This document shows positions 47,925 to 61,324 of a stretch of DNA of 64,000 nt, piece by piece. Source of the stretch: the human T2T-CHM13v2.0 reference genome, Homo sapiens. Position 1 is the first letter of the stretch. Each line of letters starts with the position of its first letter. The position numbers were made by a program, and so were the translations under genes. The notes under the pieces are model-generated. The model did no database searches, was not told the origin of the DNA, and saw only the letters and a list, made by a program, of their open reading frames with translations. The DNA lies in NCBI RefSeq assembly GCF_009914755.1, contig NC_060928.1. One strand, written 5' to 3'.

Positions 47925-49705
47925 GTTTTTGCTTTTGATTTGGCAAAGTTTTTTTTTTTCCATTTTCAGTCTTTTAAAGTAGACACAGATTTGTTTAGAA
48001 TGATAAAGCTCACTTTAAGATCACACAAAAGTTGAGCACAAAGGATAGGATTCAATTCAGCAATACAGAGTAATGAAGAGTAAAAGATACTAAGTTTCTC
48101 CAACAGAAAACTAATCATCCAAGGCGATTATATCAAAGGTGATAATATCTGGAGCCTAAAGTATTTAACACTGCAAAAGCTAGAACTGTTAGTGTATAAA
48201 CTGAGCAATGGAATTTTTAGCTGTGCTTTGGTTTCTACTTATTACTTCAGAAAAATTAGCATAGTTTTGTTTAGTCTTTAGTAGACAACATGCATCCATG
48301 TAAATTAAACAGTATTTTCTACAATTGTGTGAATATAAGGCCACAATATTTATTTTGAATAAACTTCTTAAATAGTAATTTTAATATTAATGTTATTAAT
48401 TTGTTTGAAATATAAAGTATTATAACTTTAAGTTTATATAACTTTATTATAAGTATTAATTTGTTTGAATTAAGTTTATATAACTTTAATATAAGTATAA
48501 TTTGTTTGAAATATAAAGTATTATAACTTTAAGTTTATATAACTTTATTATAAGTATTAATTTGTTTGAATTAAGTTTATATAACTTTAATATAAGCATT
48601 AATTTGTTTGAAATATAAAGTATTATAAAATATTGTAATTAAGCTTACAGATAATTTTTAAAATATATACATTATGACTAATATACCAAAATTATTTATA
48701 TGTACACATTTATATTTAATACCCAAAGAAAATTTACTACCACATTGCTACAGTAGATATTAACCTGACATGTTTATTAATTGATCCTATAGGTATAATT
48801 ATAGGTCAGCATAATTTTACAGTCTATTCTTTTATTTTACTAAATTAGGAATGCCACTATTCCCGGACAAATAAATGCAGGTGATGTGGCCACCCAAGAA
48901 TCATAGTAGCTCTTCAGTTAGCTATCTTGCAATCTCTGATATAATTCTACTATGTGAATAGAGTGAATTCCAATTCTTCATCAAAAAGTGCTGGTGGAGG
49001 TTGTCAGGTGTGTTCCAGTATAGATTCCCAATCCAACGGCCGGCAGATGGGAGAGCAGCAGAGATGGAAATTCTGCTCAGAATAAGCCCTCTTTCTCATA
49101 ATACTTGTATTTCTCATGCTGAGAGTAGCTGTGCACTTTTGGTGTTTAGAGAAGAACTTCTTTGGAAGAATATTTTCTGGTCAATTTGACCAATGTTACA
49201 TGTAATCTGAATTTGTCTTTAAGATTCTTTCAACCTCTTTTCTTCTCTCAATACGGTTTTACTCAGACTGAGAGCTGTCTTTCTCTTCAATGCTTTGGGA
49301 ATTCAGTGCTTTGTGTCTAAGCCCTATTAGTATCACATGGTGTCTGTGAGTGAGGGGGGCTGTCACCGTGAGAACTCCTGGAGCTGCTCTATCTAGATCC
49401 ATGCTATGTATCCAGCAATATTCTTTTTGTGTCAGTATTATAAATAGAAACTGAGGCTGAAACATTGCTCCCGTTTCCCTTATTGCAAAAGTGCAATTCT
49501 ACCCAAGAGCCCTGCAGGCTCTCCTCCTGCAGCTCAGGGACCCCGCTCTGTAATGTAAAATGTGGGGACCCCACTCTCTAATGTAAAATGTGAGCTGCCA
49601 GCTGTGGGCTGTGCCTCAGTGGTAGATGGCAGGGTTTGGGAGAGGACACAGGCCACCAGGAGAGGGCAAGCAGAATTGCTGCAGCCCAGGGCTTAGTGAG
49701 TAGGG
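47925..49705 (-). pseudogene. BNIP3P41: BNIP3 processed pseudogene (decayed CDS ~49557-48981, with UTRs and poly-A remnant)
   Basis: Minus-strand translation gives [13 protein letters not shown]...SVSIYN...DSSQSE*NRIERRKEVERILK...ATLSMRNTSIM...[16 protein letters not shown]...LTTSTSTF*, which is intronless BNIP3 with stops. The pseudogene number is from recall. Confidence 0.92.
48394..48628. repeat. AT-rich ~101-bp tandem repeat (~2.3 copies, 60+42 subunits)
   Basis: taatttgtttgaaatataaag recurs at ~48397, 48498 and 48600. Confidence 0.9.
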
Positions 49706-49732
49706 ATCCATTGCTTTGAAATATAAATAGCC

Positions 49733-50115
<383 letters not shown>

Positions 50116-50302
50116 TTACAGCTGAAGGTAAGGTAGGCTTACCTGCAACAGGCACCTGGCTCTAAGTTGCAAAACTGCCTCCTATCATGATGTTGGAAGT
50201 TTATTTTTTCTTTGCATATAACCAACCAGCATACACAGAAGGCCTCCCCAATTACCAGGTGAGTTTAAGATGAACTATGTATAACAAATGGTTTGTACAG
50301 AA

Positions 50303-50860
50303 GGGAGGCAGGAGAATGGGGTATGGAGGCAGAGAACTTAAGGCCAATTTGTGCTGACTTCCTAAAAGAAAAAACACCAAGGTCTGGAGGCAGGAAACCT
50401 AAGGCCAATTAAGGCAAACTTCCAACAGCTAAACCAAAAGAAAAAGTCCCATCTCCCCACACCTGAATAGCAAAGGATCAAAGGCTACTGTCCCTACAAC
50501 CCTCCCCTTTCTACCACTTCTCAGGTAGAAAGGGAAAGTGCCTTGGAGTGGCTGCAGGCCAAGCACCTGCATTCCTTCATCCGCATAGCGTGCCAATTCT
50601 CCTAAGCCTTTAATTAGCCACAGACCAAATCCTTAATCCATATCAGTGGTAGCTGATAGGGACCTCAAAAGGAGTACTAAAAACCCAGAAAACTTCGTAA
50701 CTGGGTCCTTGAGCCACTTGCTCAAGCCCATACCCACCCTATTTCTTACCTTAATAAATTTCCGCTTTTGATGCTTCCTCCCTCTGTTTTGTTCCTTTGT
50801 TACTTTGTGCATTTTGTTCAATTCTTTGTTGCCAAGGACCTGGACAACTCACACTCACGG
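50303..50860 (+). mobile_element. MER51-like ERV1 LTR
   Basis: gaggcaggagaat..ggtctggaggcaggaaacctaaggcc start and aataaa...ccaaggacctggaca end. Confidence 0.7.
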
Positions 50861-51157
50861 CCTTCGTTCTGGGAACAGAAGTGCAGTTAGATGTGGATGC
50901 ATGTGATTGGTGCTTAAACTCACAGTGCCCCACACCAAAGGAGAAAAACACATAGTTACAGCCTGTGTGTCCAAATTAGGTCCAGATTAGGTCCAAGGAC
51001 AAATAGCAAAACAAGAAGATTGCCTTTAATCTTTTCCCTCCACTTCTAAACTCTGGAGGACAAGGCTGTGAAGAGATCTGAAGACATGGTGTTCTCTGCT
51101 TGTGTGGCCCCAACATTCTTTGTTTGCTGTCTGATATTTGAAAGGAAGAGGAACCTT

Positions 51158-51745
51158 TGATAGAGGAGGCAGTCGGACGCTGGTTAGGCAGATAGAGAGA
51201 GGGCCTGGGGAGAGGAAAAACACGTGTGGGACCGCACCTGCACCACCTCTGTAGCTAGCAGGAAGAAATGTGGTTAAGAACTTCCTCTTATGCCAGGATG
51301 TTGCTCCAAAGGGACTGTCCCAACTTAGCACAGGCGCGATAAATCAACCCAAATGTCCTTAACTTGACCCAGCTCATTATAAGGTCATTAACATGACATT
51401 AGCATTGTGGTTTTGGCTCTCCTCGTGTAAGTTTCGCTTAGGCACTCATGGGTAATAACCAAAATGGAGTCACTGTGGCCAATCCCAGGCATGCGCAGAT
51501 GCAACACCCTTAGTGAGGAACTTTACCCCTCCCATTTGGGCAGAACCCACAGAAGACATACTTGTTCTTGCCACATAAAAGACCCAGACCTCAGCCTCAT
51601 TTCTGGCAACCTGCTTTCAGGTCCCCTCTTGCTTCTGAGAGCTTTCCTTTTGCTTAATAAATCCTACTCTGCCTTGCTCACTCTCTGGTATCCGTGTGCT
51701 TCATTCTTTTTGGTCGTGGCACAAGAGTCCCGACCTGGCTGAACC
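51158..51745 (+). mobile_element. ERV1 LTR (MER61/LTR9-group-like)
   Basis: TGA start, ataaaa TATA-like box, aataaa followed by a U5-like ttggtcgtggcacaaga. Family uncertain. Confidence 0.45.
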
Positions 51746-52040
51746 GAGGAGACCACCACACCTCCACCAAACAGCAACTGGGAAACCGTGGTCTTCACGT
51801 GGATACTCTCAGCTTGCAGCCCCTGCTCTCTCTAGGGGCACTGTCCCACCCACCCTTGAGCCTGTGGAGAAAAGTTGGTAGAGAGGCTGGTCCCTTACTT
51901 CCAGCAGAAAAGAGGTGTTCAGGCCCTCACTTCCCTAAGGGAAGAGAGCCCTCATGGCTGCGCTCAATGTGGCAGCCACCTGCCATATGTAGCTACTGGG
52001 TACCTGGAATGTGACTGGTTTGAAGTAAAATGTGCTGCAA

Positions 52041-52124
52041 ACATAAAATACACAGTGAGTTTAGAAGAATTAGATCAGAAATACATAAAATACACAGTGA
52101 GTTTAGAAGAATTAGATCAGAAAT
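52041..52124. repeat. Perfect 42-bp tandem duplication inside a MER33/MER3-like element
   Basis: ACATAAAATACACAGTGAGTTTAGAAGAATTAGATCAGAAAT twice. Confidence 0.93.
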
Positions 52125-52639
52125 ATACTTTATTTCTAATTATATATCAATCACATATTAAAACAATATTTTGATACAATGAGTTAAAAATTATTACAAA
52201 CAACTTCACTCTTTAAATATTATTTTTGACGTGGCTAATAAAAACGCAAAATTCACAAATTAACATTTTATTTTTTAAAGGATTGCTTCCCTCTTAAAAT
52301 CTCAGGTGTCCTACTCAAAAGACTAGCGGCCAGAAGGGTTATGAAATCTAAAATATTAAAATAATTGTCATTATATCACTTCCGTTTGTGAAAAAGTGTG
52401 TGTGCATGCATGTGTGCATGCGTGTGTGTGCGCGCGTGTGTGTGCGCGCGTGTGTGCACGTCTGTGTGTAAGTGTATTTTACAAGTGGACATAACCTTAC
52501 ACACAACAAGGTTAAAAAAAACACCCCTGGGCTGCGTCAGGCCAAGCCGGGAGAGAAAGCCCCGCCTGAAAGGGCCTGGAGGCCCCAGCCTGTCACTCTT
52601 GCCACATCAGTGGAGTGTATGGTTGCAAATTCTGTTACT

Positions 52640-53350
52640 CAAGGCCCGAGGGCGGGGATTGGAGTAATATCCAATCAGAGTGTCGGAATGAGAACTGCCC
52701 AATCAGGCCCGCAGCCAGAGAGGAGGGGTTGGCTTCCGGGATCTGGCGCGGCGTTTTCCTCTGGCTCCTGCGAGGGCTTGGTTTAGGGCTTCAGCTCTCT
52801 GCGTTCTCGGCTCCGGGAGGCCTCGGTGATTCAGCCACAGCCTCTGCCTCCCGTTGCTCTGTGACCTGAGGGTATTGGACAATTTGTAGCTAAGACTCCC
52901 GGATACCCTGAAGTCGGGAAATGGTGAGTGTGCGGGGCAGGGCGTCCGGAGGCTGGGGAGGCCTCATCGGAACCGGCGGGAAATGGCGGCGGCGGGACCG
53001 AGTCTGCGAACGGAGTCCCCGCTGCCGCCTCTCAGCCCTCAGTCCCCTCCGGTGACGGACCGGGCTCCTGTCGGTCCCCGCACGGCGGCTCTGGCCCAGC
53101 CTGCGGCCCTCCTTGTGCAGTTCTGCGCCCGCAGCCCCGCACCTTCCCTGGGCCGTGGGGTGAGGAGGAGCTCATCTGGAAGACGCCGGCGCCCGCGTGC
53201 GAGGTGCCCGCCTGGGAGGAGCTGTGGTCCGGGGGTCCGGTCCCTACTTTACCCTGTTCGGAATGAGATCGAGGCCCCATCGAAACAAAGTTCATGTGAG
53301 CAAACGGGGTCTCATTAATGGGACAGCGTCGGCCGCGGCTCCTGGTTTGG
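52640..53350 (+). promoter_or_regulatory. ZNF595: ZNF595 promoter, exon 1 and CpG island
   Basis: GC box gggcgggg (~52650), CCAATCAG at 52671 and 52699, ETS-like CTTCCGG (~52733), CpG-rich first exon/intron typical of ZNF91-family genes. Confidence 0.85.
52921..52923 (+). CDS. ZNF595: ZNF595 coding exon 1 (ATG only)
   Basis: GAAATG|GTGAGT: an ATG directly followed by a consensus donor, phase-compatible with the KRAB-A exon. Confidence 0.9.
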
Positions 53351-54002
53351 GGACTGCCAGCGGGTCTTGAAGGAAAGGCTTTTGTGAGGTGTGTGAGCAA
53401 GCGAAGCAAATCACCCGCCCGCTCCAACTATTCCACCAGTCCCTTTGCCCTGTGCACCTCCTCCGCGTGGCTGTTCCTGAGTAACATCTTTTAGAATACG
53501 CTGGTGTCGGTGCGCACGGCGCTTCTCAGTTCTGTGAGTAGTTCTGCCACATTGCTGAACTTGAGGGTGTGGGCGCCCCTGGTTTGTAGACAGGCGTTCA
53601 GAAATGAGGACGGGTGTCCAGAGGCAGGGACTGGCGTCTGCAGCGGGAGCAGTTGTGGGAAGAGCGCTGAGCTTGTGGGGTCTGCGCTGACTCTGGGTGG
53701 TGTCGTTAGTGAGTTGCTGGACACCGCGTTGGGGTTGGAGCATTGACTGGTGTTGAGGAAACTCCGCACGTTTTCTGTCAGAAGAAAGACATGGCTGAGC
53801 CTGGGCTGGAGAAAGATGCCTGGTGTCTGCGGGAGGCGCGGCCGGGTTCTGCATATGTGCTGTCCCGCTGGGCACTGTCCTTTTCCTCCAGGTCTCCTTC
53901 CGGGGAGAGAGGGGACCCAGAACAAAGAGGAAAGGAGTTCTGAGAAACATCCCTTCCCTGCACCCTGCTGCCAGCCCCCACCCAATGCTAGTCCACTCCT
54001 GA

Positions 54003-54618
<616 letters not shown>

Positions 54619-55849
54619 TCCCACCCATGGCTGTTGATAGCTCCTTTCTCTTCTGCTTTTTCCTTCCCCACAAATTCTCTTTTCTGTGTACACGGTGTGC
54701 CCAAGTCCATCCCTCAGGTGCCTATGAGAATTCAGACGTTAGTGAGTTCGAAACCAGGCCTTTTGGCCTGGCTGTTGTAGGAGCAAACACAAATTAGAAG
54801 AGGCTTAATGCTTTCTCTTTAGAACGAGGGAAGAATTTTTGCTCTTCTCCTTTTTCTTAAAGCATTTAGTTTGAGAACTTTTATATTTAAATATTTTCTC
54901 TGCTTCTTTGAAATATATGTAAATCATTTTTATCAGTTAAATAGGTCATTTGTCTTTTTTGGCTCAAAATTGTCTTCATCTGGGACCTGGGAACTATTGC
55001 TTTGAAATGTAAATAGCAAGAATATACACCCTATTTCACAGTTTCTGTAGGGGACTAGGAGGCTGCCTTCAGCAGGTACCTAGCTCCACATTGCAAATCT
55101 ACATCCTGTCACGAAGATGTGGATGTTTATTTTTTCTTTAATGATTAGAAAAAATTAGAAAACCCAGATGACCTCTCAAATTACATGATGAAATTATAAT
55201 AAATTGTGTATGACAAATGGTGCTTTCAAGGCTTCTACTTGAGAACTAATTATGGTGACTTTCTGTGTTTGCATTTTCTTAGATTGCTTGTGATGCACAT
55301 CATATTTTGGTTTAATTATACAACAAAACATTTTCTTGCAGTTCTGTTACTGTGGAGACTTTTTTAGGATTGCAGATGATTTTGCTTTTAGTTATATTTT
55401 CCACACACTGTCCAGAATTACCAGATGTTATACACAAAATGTCGAGCAGACTTCACTTGAGAAAACATTCTTTCTCAGGATTCCAGTCACAACCTGCAAT
55501 TGTGCGGCAAAGTGCAGCAAAGTATTTCCTAAATCTGCAAACAGAATGGTCTCTCTCTTGGCATCTACAGTCCTTTCTAGAGCAGTTAAATTTCTACAAA
55601 AATAACTTTTCAGGACAGCAGTCAGTTATTTCACCGCCTTCAGTGCTCCTGGCATCTTCCGTTCTGACACTGATTTCAGAGATATGGGGCCCATAAACCT
55701 AACCAGATTCACACATACGCATCGATTAAACCTGAGAAATTCTGCTCCCTCCCACCTCCCCTTGCCCACATGCCCACAAACATTTGGCATGGGCCACATT
55801 GTGGCCCACAAACATAGCTCACCAGCCCTCCAAGACCTAAATGTGCAGT

Positions 55850-56315
55850 TCCAAATTCTGAATTTATGTCCTGAGATTTGATAAAAGAACTTTTATTTGA
55901 GAAATACAAGTTTTTAGATTTATCAGACCCAGAGATGTGTTAAAATGAGACCACACTCACATACTGTTCTCCTCCTTGAACTATTTGTCTTTTGAAATTG
56001 CTTGCTATTGCCACAAGTGGCTGTAAATTAACCTAATAATGCCACACTGGACACTATGACCCATACCCTATAGCTTAACTATGTATATGGCCAATCACTA
56101 ACCAATGTTACTTCTATAAACCAATAAGAATTTCTGACACCTTTCTATCAATCTCCTCTCTGACTTCCTTTTTGCCTGTAAAAATATGCTTGTAACTGCT
56201 TCTAATTGGAGTGTATATTCAGGGCAACTTTATACTCCAGGATTGCAGTCTTCAAGCTTTGGCTCAAATAAACTCTCTACTTATGTTTACCCCAGCTTTT
56301 TCCCTTTAGCTCAAA
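55850..56315 (+). mobile_element. ERV1 LTR (MER92-like) in intron 1
   Basis: Multiple CCAAT boxes and a caagctttggctcaaataaactctc poly-A region. Family uncertain. Confidence 0.4.
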
Positions 56316-58828
56316 ATATTCTTTAGAATATGTTGAAGGAGGCTTCATGAGAAGGTCTTTCCTCTGATTTTACTCTGTTTCCTGTAACTCAAGAATGCAG
56401 CACACATTGATCTCACCTAGAATCTGCACATAAAAGCTGGCTTCTGCCCAGGATTCACAAGACAGGGCCAGACTTTGGGTTGAAGAGATACAGAAAAGTC
56501 ACAGAAGGTGTTTTCTGCATCATGAGAGGTCAGCATAGACATAAGCCCCACTTTCAGAGTGGAGCCCTTTGAGTTTTCCAGATCTTGTCCAGTGACCTGC
56601 TACAGCTGAGTAAGAGGCTTCTGGTGTGAACACAATACTGTGGCAGAATCTGTAAGTGTAAACAAGCACCTTAGCAGTGGGAAGTCAAGGCCACTAAATA
56701 TCCAGAGCCATAATGCCAACTATGCCTCCCTGTGTTACTGGAGTAGAGTACTTTTTTCCTTCGCCTACCTCAGAGTTAGCTGATCAGGGACAGGGGATAT
56801 CACATCCAGATCCAGGATCTGCAGCTCCATCAGGGCAGTTCCATTTTCTGTTTGCACCCCAGAAAGTCAGCCTGAGTCTCCTGCCTGGATCACTATGGGG
56901 GCATCAGCCCAGGGTCACTGGGGACACTCTCAGCAGCATCAGTGAGTATTTGAGACATTTGAGGATGTCCTGTGCAGACTGGGTCAGTGTTTCATATGGA
57001 CATTAGAAAAAGAGATGAAATAGTCGTGGTCCCTACCATCAAGGAACTTGCATTCTAGAGCACATTAATAAATGATTGAATTCAGCGTCATGTATTCAGT
57101 ACAAAGATGAAAACTGTACAGGAGACTTAAGCTTCGTTTGGGTTACTTCCCTTTTATTGTTTTGTGAGTTTTGATACCACCACCTGCATGGCTGTTTATG
57201 GACAGAAGAGAAGTCATTATTTGTATTGTTTTTGCCTTGCTAAGAATAAATATTTAACTTCAAATATAATTGGTCTGGAAAAACAAAAGGGTTTTGGTTA
57301 AATTCCTTGTTATTGTATGTTATAGATGGGGAAGTGGCAAAATAGATAAAAATTACACAAACTCTGGGAATCAAATTTCTTTTGGGCAGGCTTAGAAAAG
57401 ACAAAACTGAAACTACTTAGTGGCCTAGAGAGCAGAAGCCTAGGGCCCATTTTCTGTCCCAACTTTGCCCAGATCCCCCCTCTACTGAACCTTGTCCAGG
57501 TCTGACCCCACACTGAAATACCTCACAGAACTGCTTAGAGAAGATCAGAGTTTGGAGTAGCTATTCCTACTGCCTCTCCAGAGCTGGTGCTCCCAATTTC
57601 CTGAAACACAAAAGCTGATAAATGGAGAAAGGCAATGTACTTTGAATTTAATGTACTTAAATTATTTTATGTAAAATTAAAACCAGTATTTCTAGAGACA
57701 TCCCATCCAGCAACCTGTTCTCCATCTTTGCAGTTTCAGTGGATTTTTCACAAGTCTCAAAGTAACTATAAACACAAAAATAAAAAATTCCCGAATTGTA
57801 CTTAAAACTTTCTTCTGTGTCTCTCCCATTTATCTACATTGAGCTATTATTCTATATATTTTTTAAAAATCAATGATAGGAAAACAGAAGAAAAAATAGA
57901 AATGCTGGGCCCTGCATTTAAATCCTGGGAAGTATCACACACTTTGTACCCACCTCCCAGGATGCTGTGAGAATTAACACACATAATGTGAGCTTCCCAG
58001 CACAGTGCTCTGTGACATACTCCTGAGCACATAGTACATGCTCCACAAATATCGCATTAATGCATGTGGATGTGCTGTTTTTCAAATGCAGACTTACTCA
58101 GACATTGCCACCATCTCCAGCCTCTGTAACCTTTAAAGGGCTTGCAGATAATGCCACGTTTCAGGATGTTGATTGCTGGTCTTGTCTTCGGATGAAAAGT
58201 ATTTGTGTTGTGATAAGGGTGTTGGGGTAAGGGACTCTGCGTGCTGTGTCTGCTTTCTCTAGCTGAGTGGTACTATAACGGGTCTAGGAGGAGCATGAGC
58301 ATTAATGGGAGACTTGGCTATAAAAAGCTGATTAATGGACCCTTTTCAAACCTGCAGAATTTTGTTACTTACAGTGAGGCCTAGAATACCAAATTTATGT
58401 GCACATTGAAGCTTGAGAGGCAATGTTTAGCTAAGTGACTCTCAGCCCAGTCTTCCAGTAGGATCACATGGCAGTTTGAAGAGAAACAGTCACCTGTTCC
58501 CTCCCCACAGATCCTGTTAAGTTTCTTGTGTGACATTACAGTGAGGCCAGGGTCAAGCATGAGGGCTTCCAGTTACTTTAATGAGACGTGAGTTCACCCT
58601 TTGTTCAAGGAGGTCACAGGACCTGCTTTGCTTGGTTTTGGTAGGGACAGATCAGTGTAGCCCATATTTCCATTGCAGCAACAAAAATTGCTGGCATGCC
58701 CTCCTTTTTCTTCAGAATTATACAATACTTTAGATAACATTACTGTGTTAAAAGTTATTTTATCAGATAATTCCAGTCAGCCCCATAAGTCACAACTAGT
58801 TCTCTGATTTCACTTATAGTCAAATTAA

Positions 58829-59008
<180 letters not shown>

Positions 59009-59470
59009 TAATTCCTAATACTTCCTCAGAGTTTCATTTTCTTTCTTTGCAGAATGTCTCTTGGGTGCTTCTGCTTTGCATTAATTAATTTCAGTGCCTT
59101 TCTACAAGAAAAAAATTGGGATTTGCTGGTGTAAAAAGAAAATCTTTAGGATGTTTCATCATTGCATAAACCATCTCTTTTCTTGAGCTAATTTGTGTCC
59201 TTCACTCTAGGATAGTAGTAATTCTAGAAATTCAGTGATGTAAAATATTGTTTTCCACATCTAAAATCTAATTTGCACCACTTATTTTTGATTCAGTAGT
59301 ACTGGGTAGTGGAACTTAGAACCCACAGATTTAAAATATTTCAGTATTCTAAAGATTCTGTCAGGAAACAATTTTTGGATTAATTTTCTGGAGTCTTCCA
59401 TAATTTCTTTATTCTACTTAGCATAGTAATAGATTGGTCATTGGAGTATCCCCAGCAATAGTCATGTTAA

Positions 59471-59590
<120 letters not shown>

Positions 59591-60042
59591 TGAGACTGAA
59601 TGAAGGAGAGGACACAGGCTAGGAGGCCAGAGGTCAGGAAGGAAGCCAGGCCTTCAAATGTAGTCTGGGAAACTGCGCCAATAAAAATAATTTCCGAAAA
59701 GGCTGCATTTTTTCTCTTATTCACAAATAGGGTCATCTTCTGTCCCATGCTCTTAAATCTTCTAAGAATTTCCTTTTTTTCTTCAGTGATCTCCAAGTTT
59801 ACAAGGAGAGCCAATGTCCACTTTATCGCTTATAATGGGCTGCATAATCTGACTGCTGTTCCATTGCTTTTAGAGACATAGGAGTATTTGTATTATTGAG
59901 GACCTCTATGTTAAAGTATTTTTTCAAATATTATTTTCGCATCATGCCTAAAATACGTAAGGTGAGTAGTGGACATAATGGGATTTGGTTTAGAAATCTT
60001 AGGAACACCGAGGACAGATGTTGCATCTTTTCTGCTTAGTGA

Positions 60043-60139
60043 TTTTTTTTTTTAATTATACTTTAAGTTTTAGGGTACATGTGCACAATGTGCAGGTTAG
60101 TGACATACGTATACATGTGCCATGCTGGTGTGCATCACC
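60043..60139 (-). mobile_element. Very short young L1 (L1PA2-like) 3' tip
   Basis: Poly-T plus the last ~85 nt of the L1 3'UTR. TSD CTGCTTAGTGATTTTT at 60032 and 60140. Confidence 0.9.
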
Positions 60140-60342
60140 CTGCTTAGTGATTTTTAATCCTGTAGAGGTTGCAAATGTAATTCTACAAAAACTCTTACTC
60201 AGCAATTTTATCAGAACAATAAGCGTTTTTCCAAATATGAAAAAATATGTTATTTTACTTCAAAATGTTATTTTGTATAAACTGAAATTTGTAATTTGAA
60301 CTCTATATATATTCAAATTTTCAAATTACAATATAGTTTACA

Positions 60343-60548
60343 GCACAGGTTTTCAAACTCTTGGCTTCCCTGGGCCACATTGGAAGAAGATTTGTCTTGG
60401 GACACACTTAAAATTATAAAATACACAAACAGTAATGATAGCCGATGAGCTAAGAAACAAGAAATAGGTTTGTGAATAATTTTTTTGATACCCATCACCA
60501 CAGATAAGCAAAAACGTCCTCACACTCAAAGGATTGGATACCACTGGT
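60343..60548. mobile_element. MER30-like hAT MITE
   Basis: ttggcttccctgggccacattggaagaaga..tgtcttggg and atgatagccgatgagctaa motifs. Confidence 0.65.
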
Positions 60549-60574
60549 TTAAAGTATCTACTCACCTTCTAGAT

Positions 60575-60868
60575 TTCTTTCTTTTTTTCTTTTTTTTTTT
60601 TTTGAGACGGAGTCTTGCTCTGTCACCAAGGCTGGAGTGCAGTGGCGTGACCTCGGCTCACTGCAGCCTCTGCTGCCCTGCAGCCTCCACCTCCCGGGTT
60701 CAAATGGTTCTTCTGCCTCAGCCTCCTGAGTAGCTGGGATTACAGGTGCCCGCCACGGGGTTTCACCATGTCGGCCAGGCAGGTTTTGAACTCCTGACCT
60801 CAAGTGATCCGCCCACCTCTGCCTTCCAAAGTGCTAGAATTACAGGCCTGAGCCACCGTGCCTGGCCC
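60575..60868 (-). mobile_element. AluS with linker deleted and a short internal duplication
   Basis: gcccgccac joins directly to ggggtttcacc. ctgcagcctc is duplicated. TSD CCTTCTAGATTTCTT. Confidence 0.9.
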
Positions 60869-61324
60869 GCCTTCTAGATTTCTTAAATGCACTATGTCAT
60901 TAACCGGCTTAGAACATTCCTAAGTGTATATTAAGCTCTCAATTGTTACCTTATTTCTTGATAAACTATTATCTTATAATTTTGTCTTATTTAGTAGGAA
61001 GCCTCCTGGGATTCTGTCATTGAGCTATAATCCATCTATATGTAGAACTGTGTGTCACACACACATACACATACCTATATGAGTCATATATGTGTATAGG
61101 AAATTCTCGCTTAACATCATTGATAGGTTCTTGGAAACTGTAAGTAAAGCAACATATTGTTTAAGAAAACTAATTTTACCAGAGTTTAATAAATAAAAAC
61201 AAGTTATGTTTGAATGGCATGTAACAACATTGTTTCATTTAAAGATGCAGTTTTCAAGAATCTATTTTGAACATTAAATGAGGACTTAACATACATCTGT
61301 GTTTGTGTGATACGGATTTTTCTG

